From Gemmatimonadota bacterium (lineage in GTDB: Bacteria; Gemmatimonadota; Gemmatimonadetes; Longimicrobiales; RSA9), in the NCBI GenBank assembly GCA_040905425.1, contig JBBDRO010000032.1, positions 93,730-157,729 of the forward strand: DNA of 64,000 nt. Reading direction: 5' to 3'. The position numbers were made by a program, and so were the translations under genes. Below the pieces are notes generated by a model. The model saw nothing but the letters and a program-made list of their open reading frames with translations, did no database searches and was not told the DNA's origin. Below, in pieces: positions 28,250 to 38,925 of the stretch (positions within the stretch are counted from its first letter, which is position 1; each line of letters starts with the position of its first letter).

Positions 28250-29238
28250 GCGCCCCCCGCGTGGTCATCGCCGGACAGGCGGGCGGGACCCACGTAGGCT
28301 CCAGTCTGCTCCGCGCGGCACACGAGCTGGGCATGGACGCGTGGCTCCTCGACGCGGCGCGTGCGTATGCCGGTCCGCGGCTGGTGCGCAGCATGGCCTG
28401 GCGCGTGGCACGGCGGGCGCCCCGCGGGCGCCGTTTCGGCGTGGAGCTCCTGCGCATGGTGAAGGAGCGCGCGGCCGACCTGGTGCTGGCAGTCGGGCTG
28501 GGTCCCATTGATTCGACGGTGCTGCGCGAGCTGGGTGAGCATGGCGTGCGCCGCGTGGCGTTCCTCACCGACGATCCGTGGAACCCGGCGCTCTGCGGAC
28601 CCCGGTGGCGCAGGACTCTGCCGCAGTATGATCGGGTCTTCACCACGCGCACGGCCAATCTCGTGGATCTGCGCGCTGCGGGGTGCGGCCGGGTGAACTG
28701 GCTGCCGTTCGGCTACGATCCCGTCCTGTTCCGGCCGCCCACCGAGCGGCCGGCGGAGGATCACGACGTGGTCTTTGCCGGCGGGGCCGACGCCGATCGG
28801 GCGCCGGTGTTCGCGGCGTTGGCCGACGCGGGTTTCAGTGTGGCCCTCTATGGCGGGTACTGGAATCGGTTCCGTGGGACCCGCGCGCTGGCGCGGGGCC
28901 ATGCGGAACCTGCCGCGTTGCCCGGCATTCTGGCGGCGGGCCGCGTGGCGCTGTGCCTGGTCCGGCGCGCCAACCGGGACGGCCATGCCATGCGTTCCCT
29001 GGAGCTGCCCGCCGTGGGTACGTGCATGCTCGTGGAGGACACCCCGGAGCATCGGGTGCTCCTGGGAGAGGACCGGGAAGCCGTGGTCTACTTCAGTGAC
29101 GCGCCGTCCATGCGGGCACGTCTGACGGAGCTCCTGGAGGCTCCCGCCGAGCGCCGCCGACTGGCGGCGGCCGTGCACGCTCGGATCACCGCCGGCGGAC
29201 ACACGTATCGCCAGCGCCTGCTGGCCCTCGTGTCGTGA
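28246..29238 (+). CDS. CgeB-like glycosyltransferase (GT-B)
   Basis: FLTDDP, LPFGYDP, MRSLELPAVG and HTYRQR motifs. Confidence 0.82.
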   Translation: MSAPRVVIAGQAGGTHVGSSLLRAAHELGMDAWLLDAARAYAGPRLVRSMAWRVARRAPRGRRFGVELLRMVKERAADLVLAVGLGPIDSTVLRELGEHGVRRVAFLTDDPWNPALCGPRWRRTLPQYDRVFTTRTANLVDLRAAGCGRVNWLPFGYDPVLFRPPTERPAEDHDVVFAGGADADRAPVFAALADAGFSVALYGGYWNRFRGTRALARGHAEPAALPGILAAGRVALCLVRRANRDGHAMRSLELPAVGTCMLVEDTPEHRVLLGEDREAVVYFSDAPSMRARLTELLEAPAERRRLAAAVHARITAGGHTYRQRLLALVS

Positions 29239-29245
29239 GGCGCCG

Positions 29246-30421
29246 TTGAGAATCGCCATCGTGGTGCATGGCCGCTTCCATGCATTCGATCTGGCGCGGG
29301 CGCTCCGCCGCCGTGGCCATGATGTGCTGGTGGTGACGAATCTGCCTCAGCGGCGCGCCGCCGCCTGGGACTTGCCGCGCGCCGCAATCCGTTCGCTGCC
29401 CGTGGAGGGTGCTATCAACGCCGTGGCGGCCCGGGCCGGCGCCAGTGTGTATGCCGCGCTCGACGCGCCCCTGCACCTCTGGTTCGGACGCTGGGCCGCG
29501 CGCCGCCTCCTGCCCGGCCCCTGGGACCTGGTGGTGGCCTTCAGTGGCGTGGCCGCCGAGACGCTCCTGCTGGCCCGCCGCCATGGCTGGCCGACGCTCT
29601 GCACGCGCAGCTCCGCCCATATTCGCGTGCAGGATCGCATCCTGGCCGAGGAGGAGGCGCGCACGGGCCGCCGCATACAGCGACCCACTCGCTGGAAGAT
29701 CGAGCGCGAGGAGAGGGAGTACGGCCTGGCTACCGCGGTTCAGGTGCCGTCCACGTTCGTGCGGGGTACCTTCCAGGAGATGGGGGTGCCGCTGGAGCGC
29801 ACGCTGCTCGTGCCGCTGGGCGTGGAGGTGGCGGACTTTCGAGCGTCGGCACAGGTGCTTGCCGCGCGGCTGGCCCGGATCGAGGAAGGCCAGCCGCTCC
29901 GGGTTCTTTGCGCGGGGAGTCTGTCTCTGCGGAAGGGTATGTATGACCTTGCCGCGGCTGTCCAGCGCCTGCCGGACGGAGTCTTCCAATTCCATCTGGT
30001 GGGTGACGTGACCCGTGCCGCCAGATCTTGGGTGGACGCAATGCGAGACCGCATCCGCATCACTTCTCGGGTCCCACAGGAAGAGTTGCCGGGAATCTAC
30101 GAGGAGGCTGATGTCCTGGTCCTGCCCACCCTGGAGGACGGCTTCGCGGTGGTGCTGGCGCAGGCGCTGGCCGCGGGCGTCCCGATCGTCACCACACCCC
30201 ATTCCGCCGGACCTGACCTGGTGGAGGAGGGGCGCACCGGCTGGATCGTCCCGGTCCGTGATCCCGAGGCGCTGGCGGCACGCTTGCTGGCGCTGCACCA
30301 TGACCGGCCACTGCTCGCGGCCGCCGTGCGGGCGTTGGCGGAACGTCCCGGGCTGCGCGATTGGGACGACATGGCCGCGGATTACGAACGATTCGCACGT
30401 GCCATGAAGGAAAGCGGCTGA
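29246..30421 (+). CDS. Glycosyltransferase family 4
   Basis: GSLSLRKG and PTLEDGFAVVLAQALAAGVP motifs. Confidence 0.9.
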   Translation: MRIAIVVHGRFHAFDLARALRRRGHDVLVVTNLPQRRAAAWDLPRAAIRSLPVEGAINAVAARAGASVYAALDAPLHLWFGRWAARRLLPGPWDLVVAFSGVAAETLLLARRHGWPTLCTRSSAHIRVQDRILAEEEARTGRRIQRPTRWKIEREEREYGLATAVQVPSTFVRGTFQEMGVPLERTLLVPLGVEVADFRASAQVLAARLARIEEGQPLRVLCAGSLSLRKGMYDLAAAVQRLPDGVFQFHLVGDVTRAARSWVDAMRDRIRITSRVPQEELPGIYEEADVLVLPTLEDGFAVVLAQALAAGVPIVTTPHSAGPDLVEEGRTGWIVPVRDPEALAARLLALHHDRPLLAAAVRALAERPGLRDWDDMAADYERFARAMKESG

Positions 30422-31803
30422 TGCTGGACGCAGGGGAATGGATCGTTGTACTGGCAGTCTGGATCCTGCCGGTATTCATACTCATCGGTGCGGCATGGGC
30501 CCAACCCGACCGTACGGCCGGGCTGCTCATTGCCTACGTGGCCAATCTGTGGCTGATCCACTGGCCAGCGGCCGGGATCCAGGCATTGCCCTGGATGCAC
30601 TCCCTGTCCCCCGTCGAGACGTTGGCGGGTTTCCAGTTGAGTCTGCTCGGCGTGTGGGCGTTCACAATCGGCGGGCTGATTTTGGCTCCGCTGACGCTCA
30701 GCCTCTTCGAATCCAGCCGGGCCGCGGCGGTAGCCCCCGCTCCCCGTGAGCCTTCCGCGCGCGTGCCCGGTCTCTATCTGGCCCTTGGTGTAATGGCGTT
30801 CCTTGCCCTGCCAATTGCCGGGGCGGTGATTCCGGGGATTGCGGCCGTAGGCTCGGGGGTGACCCTGCTGGTGGTGGTGGGTCTGGCACTGAAGGCGTGG
30901 ACGGCCTATCACCATGGGAACACAGCCAGGCAGCTGTTGTGGCTCGGCGCCGGCGCCGTGCTGCCCCTCCTCACGCTCGTCAGCCGCGGATTCGTGAGCT
31001 TCGGAGCGGCCGCATTCATCTCGCTGGCGGCACTGACACTGGTCTATGTTCGCCCACGGTGGCGTCTGCTCGCCGGCATGCTGTTGGTCGGCTACGTGGG
31101 TTTTTCCTTCTATGTCACGTATATGCGGGATCGTGGCGCCATCCGCTCGGTGGTCTGGGGCGGCGGCGCCGTGGCCGAGCGTCTGGGCACGCTATCCAAC
31201 CTGGCTACCGATTTCGAGTGGTTCGACCCCACGGACCTGACGCACCTGCGGCGTATCGATGCGCGCCTCAATCAGAACTTCCTGGTGGGGGCCTCGGTGG
31301 CGCACATGGAGGCGGGTCTGGCACATCCGGCCGTGGGCGAGACGCTGTGGCTGGCTGCGATCGCCGCCATCCCCCGCGCGATCTGGCCCGAGAAGCCCAG
31401 CGCCGGGGGCAGCGGTGACCTGGTCACGCGGTTCACCGGAATTCCCTTTGCCGAAGGCACCAGCGTGGGCATTGGCCAGGTGATGGAGTTCTACGTGAAC
31501 TTCGGCGTGCCGGGGGTGGCGATCGGCTTTCTCCTCTTCGGATTGGCGCTGGGCGTTATCGACACCGTGGCGGGCAGGCGCCTGTGGCGGGGTGACTGGG
31601 AAGGATACGCCGTGGTTCTCGTCGTGGGGTTGGCGACCATCCAGCCGGGGGGAGCCATCGTTGAGGTGGTAGCCAGCGCCTTCGGTGGACTCGTCGGCGT
31701 GCTGGCCATCAACCGTCTGGCCCTCCCCGCAATGCTGCGGTACCTGGAACCTGGTGCGGCGCCGGCGCGGGTCTCCGCGCCCGCCGCGGAGGAAGGAACG
31801 TGA
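30421..31803 (+). CDS. Multi-pass membrane protein, Wzy-like polymerase/ligase candidate
   Basis: About 10-11 TM helices with a large loop (RIDARLNQ...IPRAIWPEKP...EFYVNFG), located among glycosyltransferases. Confidence 0.65.
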   Translation: MLDAGEWIVVLAVWILPVFILIGAAWAQPDRTAGLLIAYVANLWLIHWPAAGIQALPWMHSLSPVETLAGFQLSLLGVWAFTIGGLILAPLTLSLFESSRAAAVAPAPREPSARVPGLYLALGVMAFLALPIAGAVIPGIAAVGSGVTLLVVVGLALKAWTAYHHGNTARQLLWLGAGAVLPLLTLVSRGFVSFGAAAFISLAALTLVYVRPRWRLLAGMLLVGYVGFSFYVTYMRDRGAIRSVVWGGGAVAERLGTLSNLATDFEWFDPTDLTHLRRIDARLNQNFLVGASVAHMEAGLAHPAVGETLWLAAIAAIPRAIWPEKPSAGGSGDLVTRFTGIPFAEGTSVGIGQVMEFYVNFGVPGVAIGFLLFGLALGVIDTVAGRRLWRGDWEGYAVVLVVGLATIQPGGAIVEVVASAFGGLVGVLAINRLALPAMLRYLEPGAAPARVSAPAAEEGT

Positions 31804-32933
31804 CGATCCGGCGGCTCGGACGGATCGTGGGCCTCTTCCCCGGGGAGCATGCAGGCGGCTGGGGCGGCATCCAGGTGAGTGGGATGGAGGCGTGGAGCGC
31901 GCTCCGGGAAGCGGCCCGCCAGGAAGGCGGTGAGGCGCGTAGCTTGTGGTATTCGCAAGGCGCTCTGCCCGCTGGCGTGGATCCCGGTCCTGACGCCGTC
32001 GTGGCGCATTCGCGCACGGTGTTGGCGGGCAGGGCGCTGGGCATGCGGGCCAGGGTCGACGTCGTGCTCTGCTGGCATCTCGGGCTCCTGCCCCTGCTGC
32101 CGCTGGTGGCTCCGGGGGCGCCGCTGGTGGTGCTCTATCTGCATGGGGTCGAGGCCTGGCAGCCAGGTTCCGTGCGCGCGCGCAGACGCCTTCGTGCGGT
32201 GGACCTGGTGCTGACCAACACGCGGCAGACCTGGAGGCGCGCCGCCGCCGTGAGGGCTGTGGTCGGAGACATCCGTCACCGCACGGTGCCCCTGGGCATC
32301 GGCGCCCCGCTGCAGGTGCCCACCCCACCCACTCTGCGTACTCCCGTGGCACTCATGCTGGGTCGCCTGGTGCGGGGTGAGGCGTACAAGGGCCATCGCG
32401 AGATGATCCAGGTCTGGCCCCGGGTGGTGGAGCGCCTCCCGGAGGCGGAACTCTGGATTGCCGGAGACGGCGACCTGCGTCAGGAACTCCAGGCGCTGGC
32501 GGCCCGGGGGGAGGTACCGCAGCGTATCCGCTTCTGGGGCAGAGTGGATGAAGCCACGAAGGAACGCCTGCTCGAGCGGGCATGGTGCCTGGCGTTGCCC
32601 AGCCGGAACGAAGGCTTCGGACTGGTTTACGCCGAGGCCATGCGCGTCGGTCGCCCCTGCCTGGTGGGAACTTCCGACGGCGGGGTCGAGGTGGTGCAGC
32701 CCCCGCGCGCCGGGCTGGCTGCCGACCCCGCTGATGCCGAGGGCCTCGTGGAGGCCATGGTGGAGCTGCTGCGTGCGGGGCCGGCATGGGAGCGGCGCTC
32801 TGCGGCCGCCCGTCTGCGCTACGAGGCGCACTTCACCGCGGCCGCGTTTCATCGGCGACTCCTGGCCGTGCTGCGTGCGGCGCATGCGCGGCGGACCCGC
32901 GAGGCACCGGACGCGGTGCGCGGCACCACATGA
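31800..32933 (+). CDS. Glycosyltransferase family 4
   Basis: GGIQ, LHGVE, YKGHREMI and EGFGLVYAEA motifs. Confidence 0.9.
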   Translation: MTIRRLGRIVGLFPGEHAGGWGGIQVSGMEAWSALREAARQEGGEARSLWYSQGALPAGVDPGPDAVVAHSRTVLAGRALGMRARVDVVLCWHLGLLPLLPLVAPGAPLVVLYLHGVEAWQPGSVRARRRLRAVDLVLTNTRQTWRRAAAVRAVVGDIRHRTVPLGIGAPLQVPTPPTLRTPVALMLGRLVRGEAYKGHREMIQVWPRVVERLPEAELWIAGDGDLRQELQALAARGEVPQRIRFWGRVDEATKERLLERAWCLALPSRNEGFGLVYAEAMRVGRPCLVGTSDGGVEVVQPPRAGLAADPADAEGLVEAMVELLRAGPAWERRSAAARLRYEAHFTAAAFHRRLLAVLRAAHARRTREAPDAVRGTT

Positions 32934-34129
32934 TGCCGCCTCGCCTGCGCCTGCTCCATGTGATCGCCTCCGTCGGCCCGGTCCACGGTGGGCCCAGTCT
33001 CATGGTGCACGAGATGGCTGCCGGGTTGGTGGCCGCCGGACATCGGGCGGAGGTGGCCACCACCGATGACAACGGGGAGCGGCGGCTCGACGTGCCTCTA
33101 GATGGCGCTCTCGAGCGGGACGGCGTGGTCTACCGCCACTTCGAGCGCCAGTGGCGTGCGGGTACCTCGTCGCTGCCGCTGGCCCGCTGGCTGCGTGGCG
33201 CCGCGGGCAGCTACGACGTGCTGCACGTGCACGGGCTCTTTTCCCACCCCACCACCGCGGCGGCGCGGGCCGCGCAGCGTGCCCGGGTGCCGTATGTGGT
33301 CCGGCCTCTGGGGGCGCTACAGCCGTGGGGAATGGCCCAGGGCAGGCGGCACCTCAAGCGTTTCCTGTTGCGCTTCGTGGACGGTCCCTTGCTGGCCGCC
33401 GCCGCGGCGGTGCATTTCACCAGTGCCGAGGAACGGGACCAGGCTGCCGCCGCCGGTGTACCGGGGCGGCCAGTGGTGGTCCCGCTCGGCATTCGCCTGC
33501 CGCCGACTTCGAGCGCCTCCGGGCAATCCTGGCTGAGGGTTCGCCATCCGGACTGGACGGACCGCGTGATCGTGCTCTTCCTGTCGCGCATCCACCCCAA
33601 GAAGGGGTTGGACCTGCTGCTACCCGCTTTTGCCGACGTGCGGGCACGGCACCCGCGGGCGGCGCTGTTGCTGGCCGGTGACGGCGAGCCGGACTACCTG
33701 CGTGCCCTGGCGGGGCGCGCCGCCGACCTGGGCGTGGCACGCCACGTACGCTTCGCGGGGCATCTCAGCGGCCCGGACAAGCAAGGCGCGTTCGCGGCCG
33801 CGGACCTGTTCGTGCTCCCCTCCCGCGCCGAGAACTTCGGCGTGGCGGCGGTCGAGGCGCTGGGCGCAGGCTGCCCGGTCCTCGTGAGCACCGCCGTGCC
33901 GCTGGCCGCGGCCGTGCGGGAGGCCCGTGCGGGGTGGGCAGCGGTCCCCGAGCGCGCGCAATTCACCGCCGCGTTGGACCGGGCGCTGGCCACGCCGGCC
34001 GTCGAACGCCGGGCCATGGGTGAGCGTGGCAGAGCACTGGCCGTTGCGCGCTGGAGCAGGGACCGCATGGTGGCGGACCTGGTAGAGCTCTACCAGCGGC
34101 TGGCCACACCGCGCGCGGGGCGCACGTGA
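32930..34129 (+). CDS. Glycosyltransferase family 4
   Basis: GGPS, FLSRIHPKKG and ENFGVAAVEA motifs. Confidence 0.9.
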   Translation: MMPPRLRLLHVIASVGPVHGGPSLMVHEMAAGLVAAGHRAEVATTDDNGERRLDVPLDGALERDGVVYRHFERQWRAGTSSLPLARWLRGAAGSYDVLHVHGLFSHPTTAAARAAQRARVPYVVRPLGALQPWGMAQGRRHLKRFLLRFVDGPLLAAAAAVHFTSAEERDQAAAAGVPGRPVVVPLGIRLPPTSSASGQSWLRVRHPDWTDRVIVLFLSRIHPKKGLDLLLPAFADVRARHPRAALLLAGDGEPDYLRALAGRAADLGVARHVRFAGHLSGPDKQGAFAAADLFVLPSRAENFGVAAVEALGAGCPVLVSTAVPLAAAVREARAGWAAVPERAQFTAALDRALATPAVERRAMGERGRALAVARWSRDRMVADLVELYQRLATPRAGRT

Positions 34130-35097
34130 ACGCTCCGCCGATGCTCTCCGTGGTCATCCTCACGCGCGACGAGGAGCTGAATCTGCCCGCCTGCCTGGCC
34201 AGTCTGGAGCCGCTCCGTGTCCCGGTGTTCGTGGTGGATTCCGGCAGCACCGACCGTACCGTGGCCATTGCCCGCGCGGCGGGCGCACAAGTGGCGAATC
34301 ACCCTTTCGAGACGCACACCCTGCAGTGGCGCTGGGCCCTCGAGCACCTGCCCACACCCACGCCATGGATACTGGGGCTGGATGCGGATCAGCGCCTCAC
34401 CCCGGAGCTGGCGGCAGAGCTGAACGCCATGCTGGCCGATGGCGGCCGCGCGCTCGAGGGCGTGGACGGCGTGTACCTGAACCGTCGACAGATCTTTCGT
34501 GGCCGCTGGATCCGGCACGGCGGCTACTATCCCAAGTACCTGCTGAAGCTCTTCCGCCGCGCGGCGGTGCGCCTGGACGAACGGGACCTGATGGACCATC
34601 ACTTTCACGTGGATGGCCCCACCCGGCGCGCCCGCGCCGACCTGGTGGAGGAGAATCACAAGGAGGACGGCATCCTCTTCTGGAGCGCCAAACACATCCG
34701 CTACGCCGATCTCCACGCACGCGAATACCTGGCCCGGGAGGCGGGCGAGTGGGGCGCGCGGGCGCGGCTCGGCGGCACACCCGACGAGCGCGCCGCATGG
34801 CTCCGACGCACCGGCTACCGGCTGCCTCCCTATCTGCGCGCGGTGCTCTACTTCCTGTACCGCTATGTCCTGCGGTTGGGTTTTCTGGACGGTCGGGAGG
34901 GATTCGTCTTCCACGCCATGCAGGGCTTCTGGTACCGTCTGCTCGTGGACGTCCGTATGGAGGAGATACGGCACTCAAGCCGCGTCCCCGCGCCGGCGCC
35001 GACGCGCACGCTGGATCCCGGCGCGGCTTCCTTCCTGGCGGCCCCCTTGCCGGCGGTCCCCGAGGACCCGGATCCTCGCACGGACGAGCGGCCGTGA
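34126..35097 (+). CDS. Glycosyltransferase family 2
   Basis: VVDSGSTD, LDADQ and LGFLDGREG motifs. Confidence 0.9.
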   Translation: MNAPPMLSVVILTRDEELNLPACLASLEPLRVPVFVVDSGSTDRTVAIARAAGAQVANHPFETHTLQWRWALEHLPTPTPWILGLDADQRLTPELAAELNAMLADGGRALEGVDGVYLNRRQIFRGRWIRHGGYYPKYLLKLFRRAAVRLDERDLMDHHFHVDGPTRRARADLVEENHKEDGILFWSAKHIRYADLHAREYLAREAGEWGARARLGGTPDERAAWLRRTGYRLPPYLRAVLYFLYRYVLRLGFLDGREGFVFHAMQGFWYRLLVDVRMEEIRHSSRVPAPAPTRTLDPGAASFLAAPLPAVPEDPDPRTDERP

Positions 35098-36830
35098 GCC
35101 TGCACGTACTCGGCATCAACGCCTTCCACGGCGGCGCCGCGGCGTGCCTGCTGCGCGACGGTGTGGTCGTCGCGGCCGCGGAGGAGGAGCGCTTCACGCG
35201 GGTGAAGTACACCGCGGACTACCCCACGCACGCCATCCGCTGGTGCCTGGCGGCCGGCGGCGTGGCGCCGCAGGAGCTGGATCACATTGCCATCTCGCGC
35301 GATCCCGCCTCCAACCTGCGCCGCCGCATGGGCTTCGTGCTGCGGCGTTGGCGCCAGGCCGGCTACCTGGTGGACCGGGTGCGCAACCAGCTAAGGGTAG
35401 CCAACCCCGAGCGGCTCTTCCGTGCCGCACTGGGCCAGGAGGGTGCGCGGCTACGCGCGTCGTTTCACCACGTGGAGCATCATCGCGCCCATATGGCCAG
35501 CGCGTTCTTCGTCTCACCCTTCGAGGACGCCGCCATCCTCTCCATCGACGGCATGGGGGACCTGACGAGCACCATGTGGGGCTACGGCTCGGGTCGGCAC
35601 ATCCGGGTGGATGGCGCCGTCCACTATCCCCACTCCCTGGGCTACCTCTACACGGCCGTCTCGCAGTGGCTGGGCTTTCCGCACTACGGGGACGAGGGCA
35701 AGGTCATGGGCCTGGCCCCGTACGGCCGACCCACACGTCTAGAGGACATCCGCCGCCTCGTCCACGTCCAGCGCGACGGCACCTTCGAGCTGGGCCTGGA
35801 GTTCTTCCGGCACGCCACCGAGGGGATGGAGATGACGTGGAGCGCGGGTACGCCCGTCATCGGCCGCATGTTCGGGGATCGTATGGTGGAGTTGCTGGGC
35901 ACGCCGCGTGCCCCCGGGGAGCCGCTCGAGCGCCGGCACGAGGACGTGGCGTCGTCGCTTCAAGCCATACTGGAGGAAGCGGAACTGGCGCTGCTCGAGA
36001 AGATCCACCGGGAGACCGGCTCCACCCGGCTGTGCTTGGCCGGAGGCGTGGCGCTGAACAGCGTCATGAACGGCAAGATCCGGCGCCTGACGCCCTTCCG
36101 CGAGGTGTTTGTGCAGCCCGCGGCCGGCGACGCGGGCACCGCCCTGGGCGCGGCGGCCTGGGTCCACCACCAGGTGCTCGGCCACCCGCGCGCGTTCGTC
36201 ATGCGCCACGCCTTCACCGGACCCTCCTACGACGGCGCGCGGATCCGCCAGGCGCTCGATGCCGCCGGGGCCGCATGGACCGAACTGAACGGGACGGACG
36301 CCGTGGCGGCGGCCGCAGCGCGGCGGATTGCGTCGGGGCAGGTGGTCGGCTGGTTCCAGGGCGCCATGGAGTGGGGGCCGCGCGCGCTGGGGAATCGCAG
36401 CATCGTGGCCGACCCCCGTAGCGCTACCATGAAGGACGTGCTGAACGCGCGCATCAAGCAGCGCGAGCCGTTTCGACCCTTCGCGCCATCGGTGCTGGAG
36501 GAAGCCACCGCGGCCTGGTTCGAGCAGGACTGGGTGGACCCGTTCATGGTGACGGTGGCACCGGTGCGGCCCGAGCGGCTCGCTCAGCTGGCCGCGGTCA
36601 CGCACGTGGACGGGTCGGCGCGCGTGCAGACGGTGGCCGCGGCCGACGCCCCCCGTTATGCCGCGCTCATCCGTGCCTGCGCTGCGGAGACCGGCGTCCC
36701 CGCGGTCCTGAACACCTCATTCAACGAGAACGAGCCCATCGTGCGCACGCCGGAGGAGGCGCTGGACTGCTTCGCGCGTACGCGCATGGACGTGCTCGTG
36801 CTGGGGGATTTCCTGGTGGAGCGCGCGTGA
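35094..36830 (+). CDS. O-carbamoyltransferase (NodU/CmcH family)
   Basis: AAEEERFTRVK, EHHRAHMASAF, DGMGD, EGKVMGLAPYG, GGVALN, GPRALGNRS and LNTSFN motifs. Confidence 0.93.
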   Translation: MSLHVLGINAFHGGAAACLLRDGVVVAAAEEERFTRVKYTADYPTHAIRWCLAAGGVAPQELDHIAISRDPASNLRRRMGFVLRRWRQAGYLVDRVRNQLRVANPERLFRAALGQEGARLRASFHHVEHHRAHMASAFFVSPFEDAAILSIDGMGDLTSTMWGYGSGRHIRVDGAVHYPHSLGYLYTAVSQWLGFPHYGDEGKVMGLAPYGRPTRLEDIRRLVHVQRDGTFELGLEFFRHATEGMEMTWSAGTPVIGRMFGDRMVELLGTPRAPGEPLERRHEDVASSLQAILEEAELALLEKIHRETGSTRLCLAGGVALNSVMNGKIRRLTPFREVFVQPAAGDAGTALGAAAWVHHQVLGHPRAFVMRHAFTGPSYDGARIRQALDAAGAAWTELNGTDAVAAAAARRIASGQVVGWFQGAMEWGPRALGNRSIVADPRSATMKDVLNARIKQREPFRPFAPSVLEEATAAWFEQDWVDPFMVTVAPVRPERLAQLAAVTHVDGSARVQTVAAADAPRYAALIRACAAETGVPAVLNTSFNENEPIVRTPEEALDCFARTRMDVLVLGDFLVERA

Positions 36831-36872
36831 AACGCCGCGTTCCACGCTACCGAATCGTCATGATCGCATGGG

Positions 36873-37709
36873 TTGACAGAGGAGGACCCGCGGCGGCAAA
36901 CTGGTAGCAACCCCGTGGAATCAAACGCGCGTCGTGCCAGCGAGCTCGGGGCATCGGCAGGCCGTAGTGCCGTCGGTGCCGGAGGGGCCCGTGTGCTCGA
37001 CGTGCGTGATGACCACGACCATGACCGTATGATGGAGCAGCAGCGGATGCACGCGTCGGCAGGGCGCGCGTCGGCAGGCCCGGGTGAAACACCCTCCGGC
37101 CAACGCCGCAAGCGCTGGTTCGACGTGGGGCTGGCCGCGGTGGGGCTGGTCCTGTCCGCGCCACTCTGGCCGCTGGTGGCGGCGGCCGTGAAGCTGGAGG
37201 ATGGCGGGCCGGTGTTCTTCCGGCAGCGGCGCTGGGGATGGCGCGGCGAACGCTTCACGGCGCTGAAGTTTCGCACCATGAACCACGATGCCGACGCCAG
37301 TGGTGGCAGCCGGCCGGCCACGGTCGCGGACCCCCGGGTGACCCGGACAGGCCGGGTGCTGCGTGCCACCGGGCTCGACGAACTGCCGCAGCTGCTCCAC
37401 ATCCTGCGGGGGCAGATGAGCTTCGTGGGACCGCGTGCGCTGGCCGTCGATGAGCGTGTGCCGGATGCCGATGGCGTGCTGCGGCGGTATGAGGAGATCC
37501 CGGGGTTCGCCGAGCGGTTGCAGGTGAGACCGGGGCTGACGGGACATACCACGGTGCATCGGCCCAAGGACATGCCGGTGCGGGAGAAGTTTGCGGCCGA
37601 CGTGGCGTACGTGCGCAGTCGCACCTTTGCCGGTGATGTGGTGCTGGTAGCGCTTTCGTTGTGGATCAGTCTGCGCGGCCGCTGGGAGCACAGGGGAAGG
37701 AAGCTCTAG
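36873..37709 (+). CDS. Priming sugar (phosphoglycosyl) transferase, catalytic domain only
   Basis: KRWFDV...LKFRTM...DPRVT...LDELPQL..ILRGQMSFVGPR...RPGLTG. The true start may be ~37030-37047. Confidence 0.88.
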   Translation: MTEEDPRRQTGSNPVESNARRASELGASAGRSAVGAGGARVLDVRDDHDHDRMMEQQRMHASAGRASAGPGETPSGQRRKRWFDVGLAAVGLVLSAPLWPLVAAAVKLEDGGPVFFRQRRWGWRGERFTALKFRTMNHDADASGGSRPATVADPRVTRTGRVLRATGLDELPQLLHILRGQMSFVGPRALAVDERVPDADGVLRRYEEIPGFAERLQVRPGLTGHTTVHRPKDMPVREKFAADVAYVRSRTFAGDVVLVALSLWISLRGRWEHRGRKL

Positions 37710-37713
37710 GAAC

Positions 37714-38925
37714 ATGGAGGCGGCGGAAAGGCTTAGTGTGAAACAGCACTTCGATGTCGATTGCGTGGTCGTGGGCGGCTCGGCCTCGGGGCTCCGGGTG
37801 GCCGCGCTGCTGGCCGCGGGCGGTGCCCGCGTGCAGGTACTGGAGCGGCGGGCGGTCATCGGGGATCTGGAGCGCTCCTGGATCGTGACCGACGCCCTGA
37901 ATCCGGTGCTGGGCTACGACGCCGGCCCGGCCGTGGTCCATCGCACCGGCGTCATGCGGGTGCACGCTGCGGGGCGCCACGCGGACGTGCCGCTCCCCCG
38001 GGCGGACCTGATCGTGGAGCGCGCCCGCATGCTCCCGCTCCTGCGCGCCCGGGCCGAGGCGGCTGGAGCCGACATCCGGACGAACGCACGGGTAACCGGC
38101 ACGGTGCCGGCCGTTGGTGGCTACCGCGTGGAGGTGGAGGGCGGCACGGCGCCGATCCTGACCCGTCACCTGGTGGGTGCGGACGGGGTAAGCAGCGGCG
38201 TGGCCCGCGCGTTAGGTGCGCGGCCGAACCAGGCCGTGCCGGTTGTCCAGGCGCGGGTCCGTCTGCCCGCGGACTTGGACCCGGACGTCACCCACGTCTG
38301 GTTTCAGACACGGCGCACGCGCTTCTTCTACTGGCTGATTCCGGAATCCCCGGAAACGGCCGTGGTGGGGCTCATTGCCAACGGTGCGGGTCAGACCCGG
38401 GGCCCGCTCGACGCGTTCCTGGTCGAGGAGGGTTTCCAGCCGCTGGAGTACCAGGGGGCCATGATCCCGTTGCATCGGCCGCTGCGTCGCATTTCGTGGC
38501 GGCACGGCCGTGCCCGTGCGTTGCTCGTGGGAGACGCAGCCGCGCACGTGAAGGTGACCACGGTGGGCGGACTCGTGTCGGGTCTGTGGGGCGCCAACGC
38601 GGCCGCTCGGGCCCTGCTGGATGGTAAGTCCTACGGGCGTGAGTTGCGCGGCCTGCACGCGGAACTACACCTGCACGACCTCATGCGTTGGGCCCTGGAT
38701 CGCTTCACGGATGCGGATTACGGCCGGCTCGTGGACGCCATACCGGGACGGCTGGCGGACGCGCTGGGCAGCCACAACCGGGACAGTGTGGCAAGCGCGA
38801 AGTGGCATATCCTGAGCGCGCGTCCCGGGGTGCTGCTCCTGGCCGCACGCGCGCTGCTGCGCTTACCACGTGGTAACCATGAAGCCCCGCGGGGGTACCC
38901 ACTGGCACTCGAAGCGGGAGATTGA
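37714..38925 (+). CDS. FAD-dependent oxidoreductase (geranylgeranyl reductase-like)
   Basis: VVVGGSASG, VGADGVSS and LLVGDAAAHVKVTTVGG motifs. Confidence 0.8.
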   Translation: MEAAERLSVKQHFDVDCVVVGGSASGLRVAALLAAGGARVQVLERRAVIGDLERSWIVTDALNPVLGYDAGPAVVHRTGVMRVHAAGRHADVPLPRADLIVERARMLPLLRARAEAAGADIRTNARVTGTVPAVGGYRVEVEGGTAPILTRHLVGADGVSSGVARALGARPNQAVPVVQARVRLPADLDPDVTHVWFQTRRTRFFYWLIPESPETAVVGLIANGAGQTRGPLDAFLVEEGFQPLEYQGAMIPLHRPLRRISWRHGRARALLVGDAAAHVKVTTVGGLVSGLWGANAAARALLDGKSYGRELRGLHAELHLHDLMRWALDRFTDADYGRLVDAIPGRLADALGSHNRDSVASAKWHILSARPGVLLLAARALLRLPRGNHEAPRGYPLALEAGD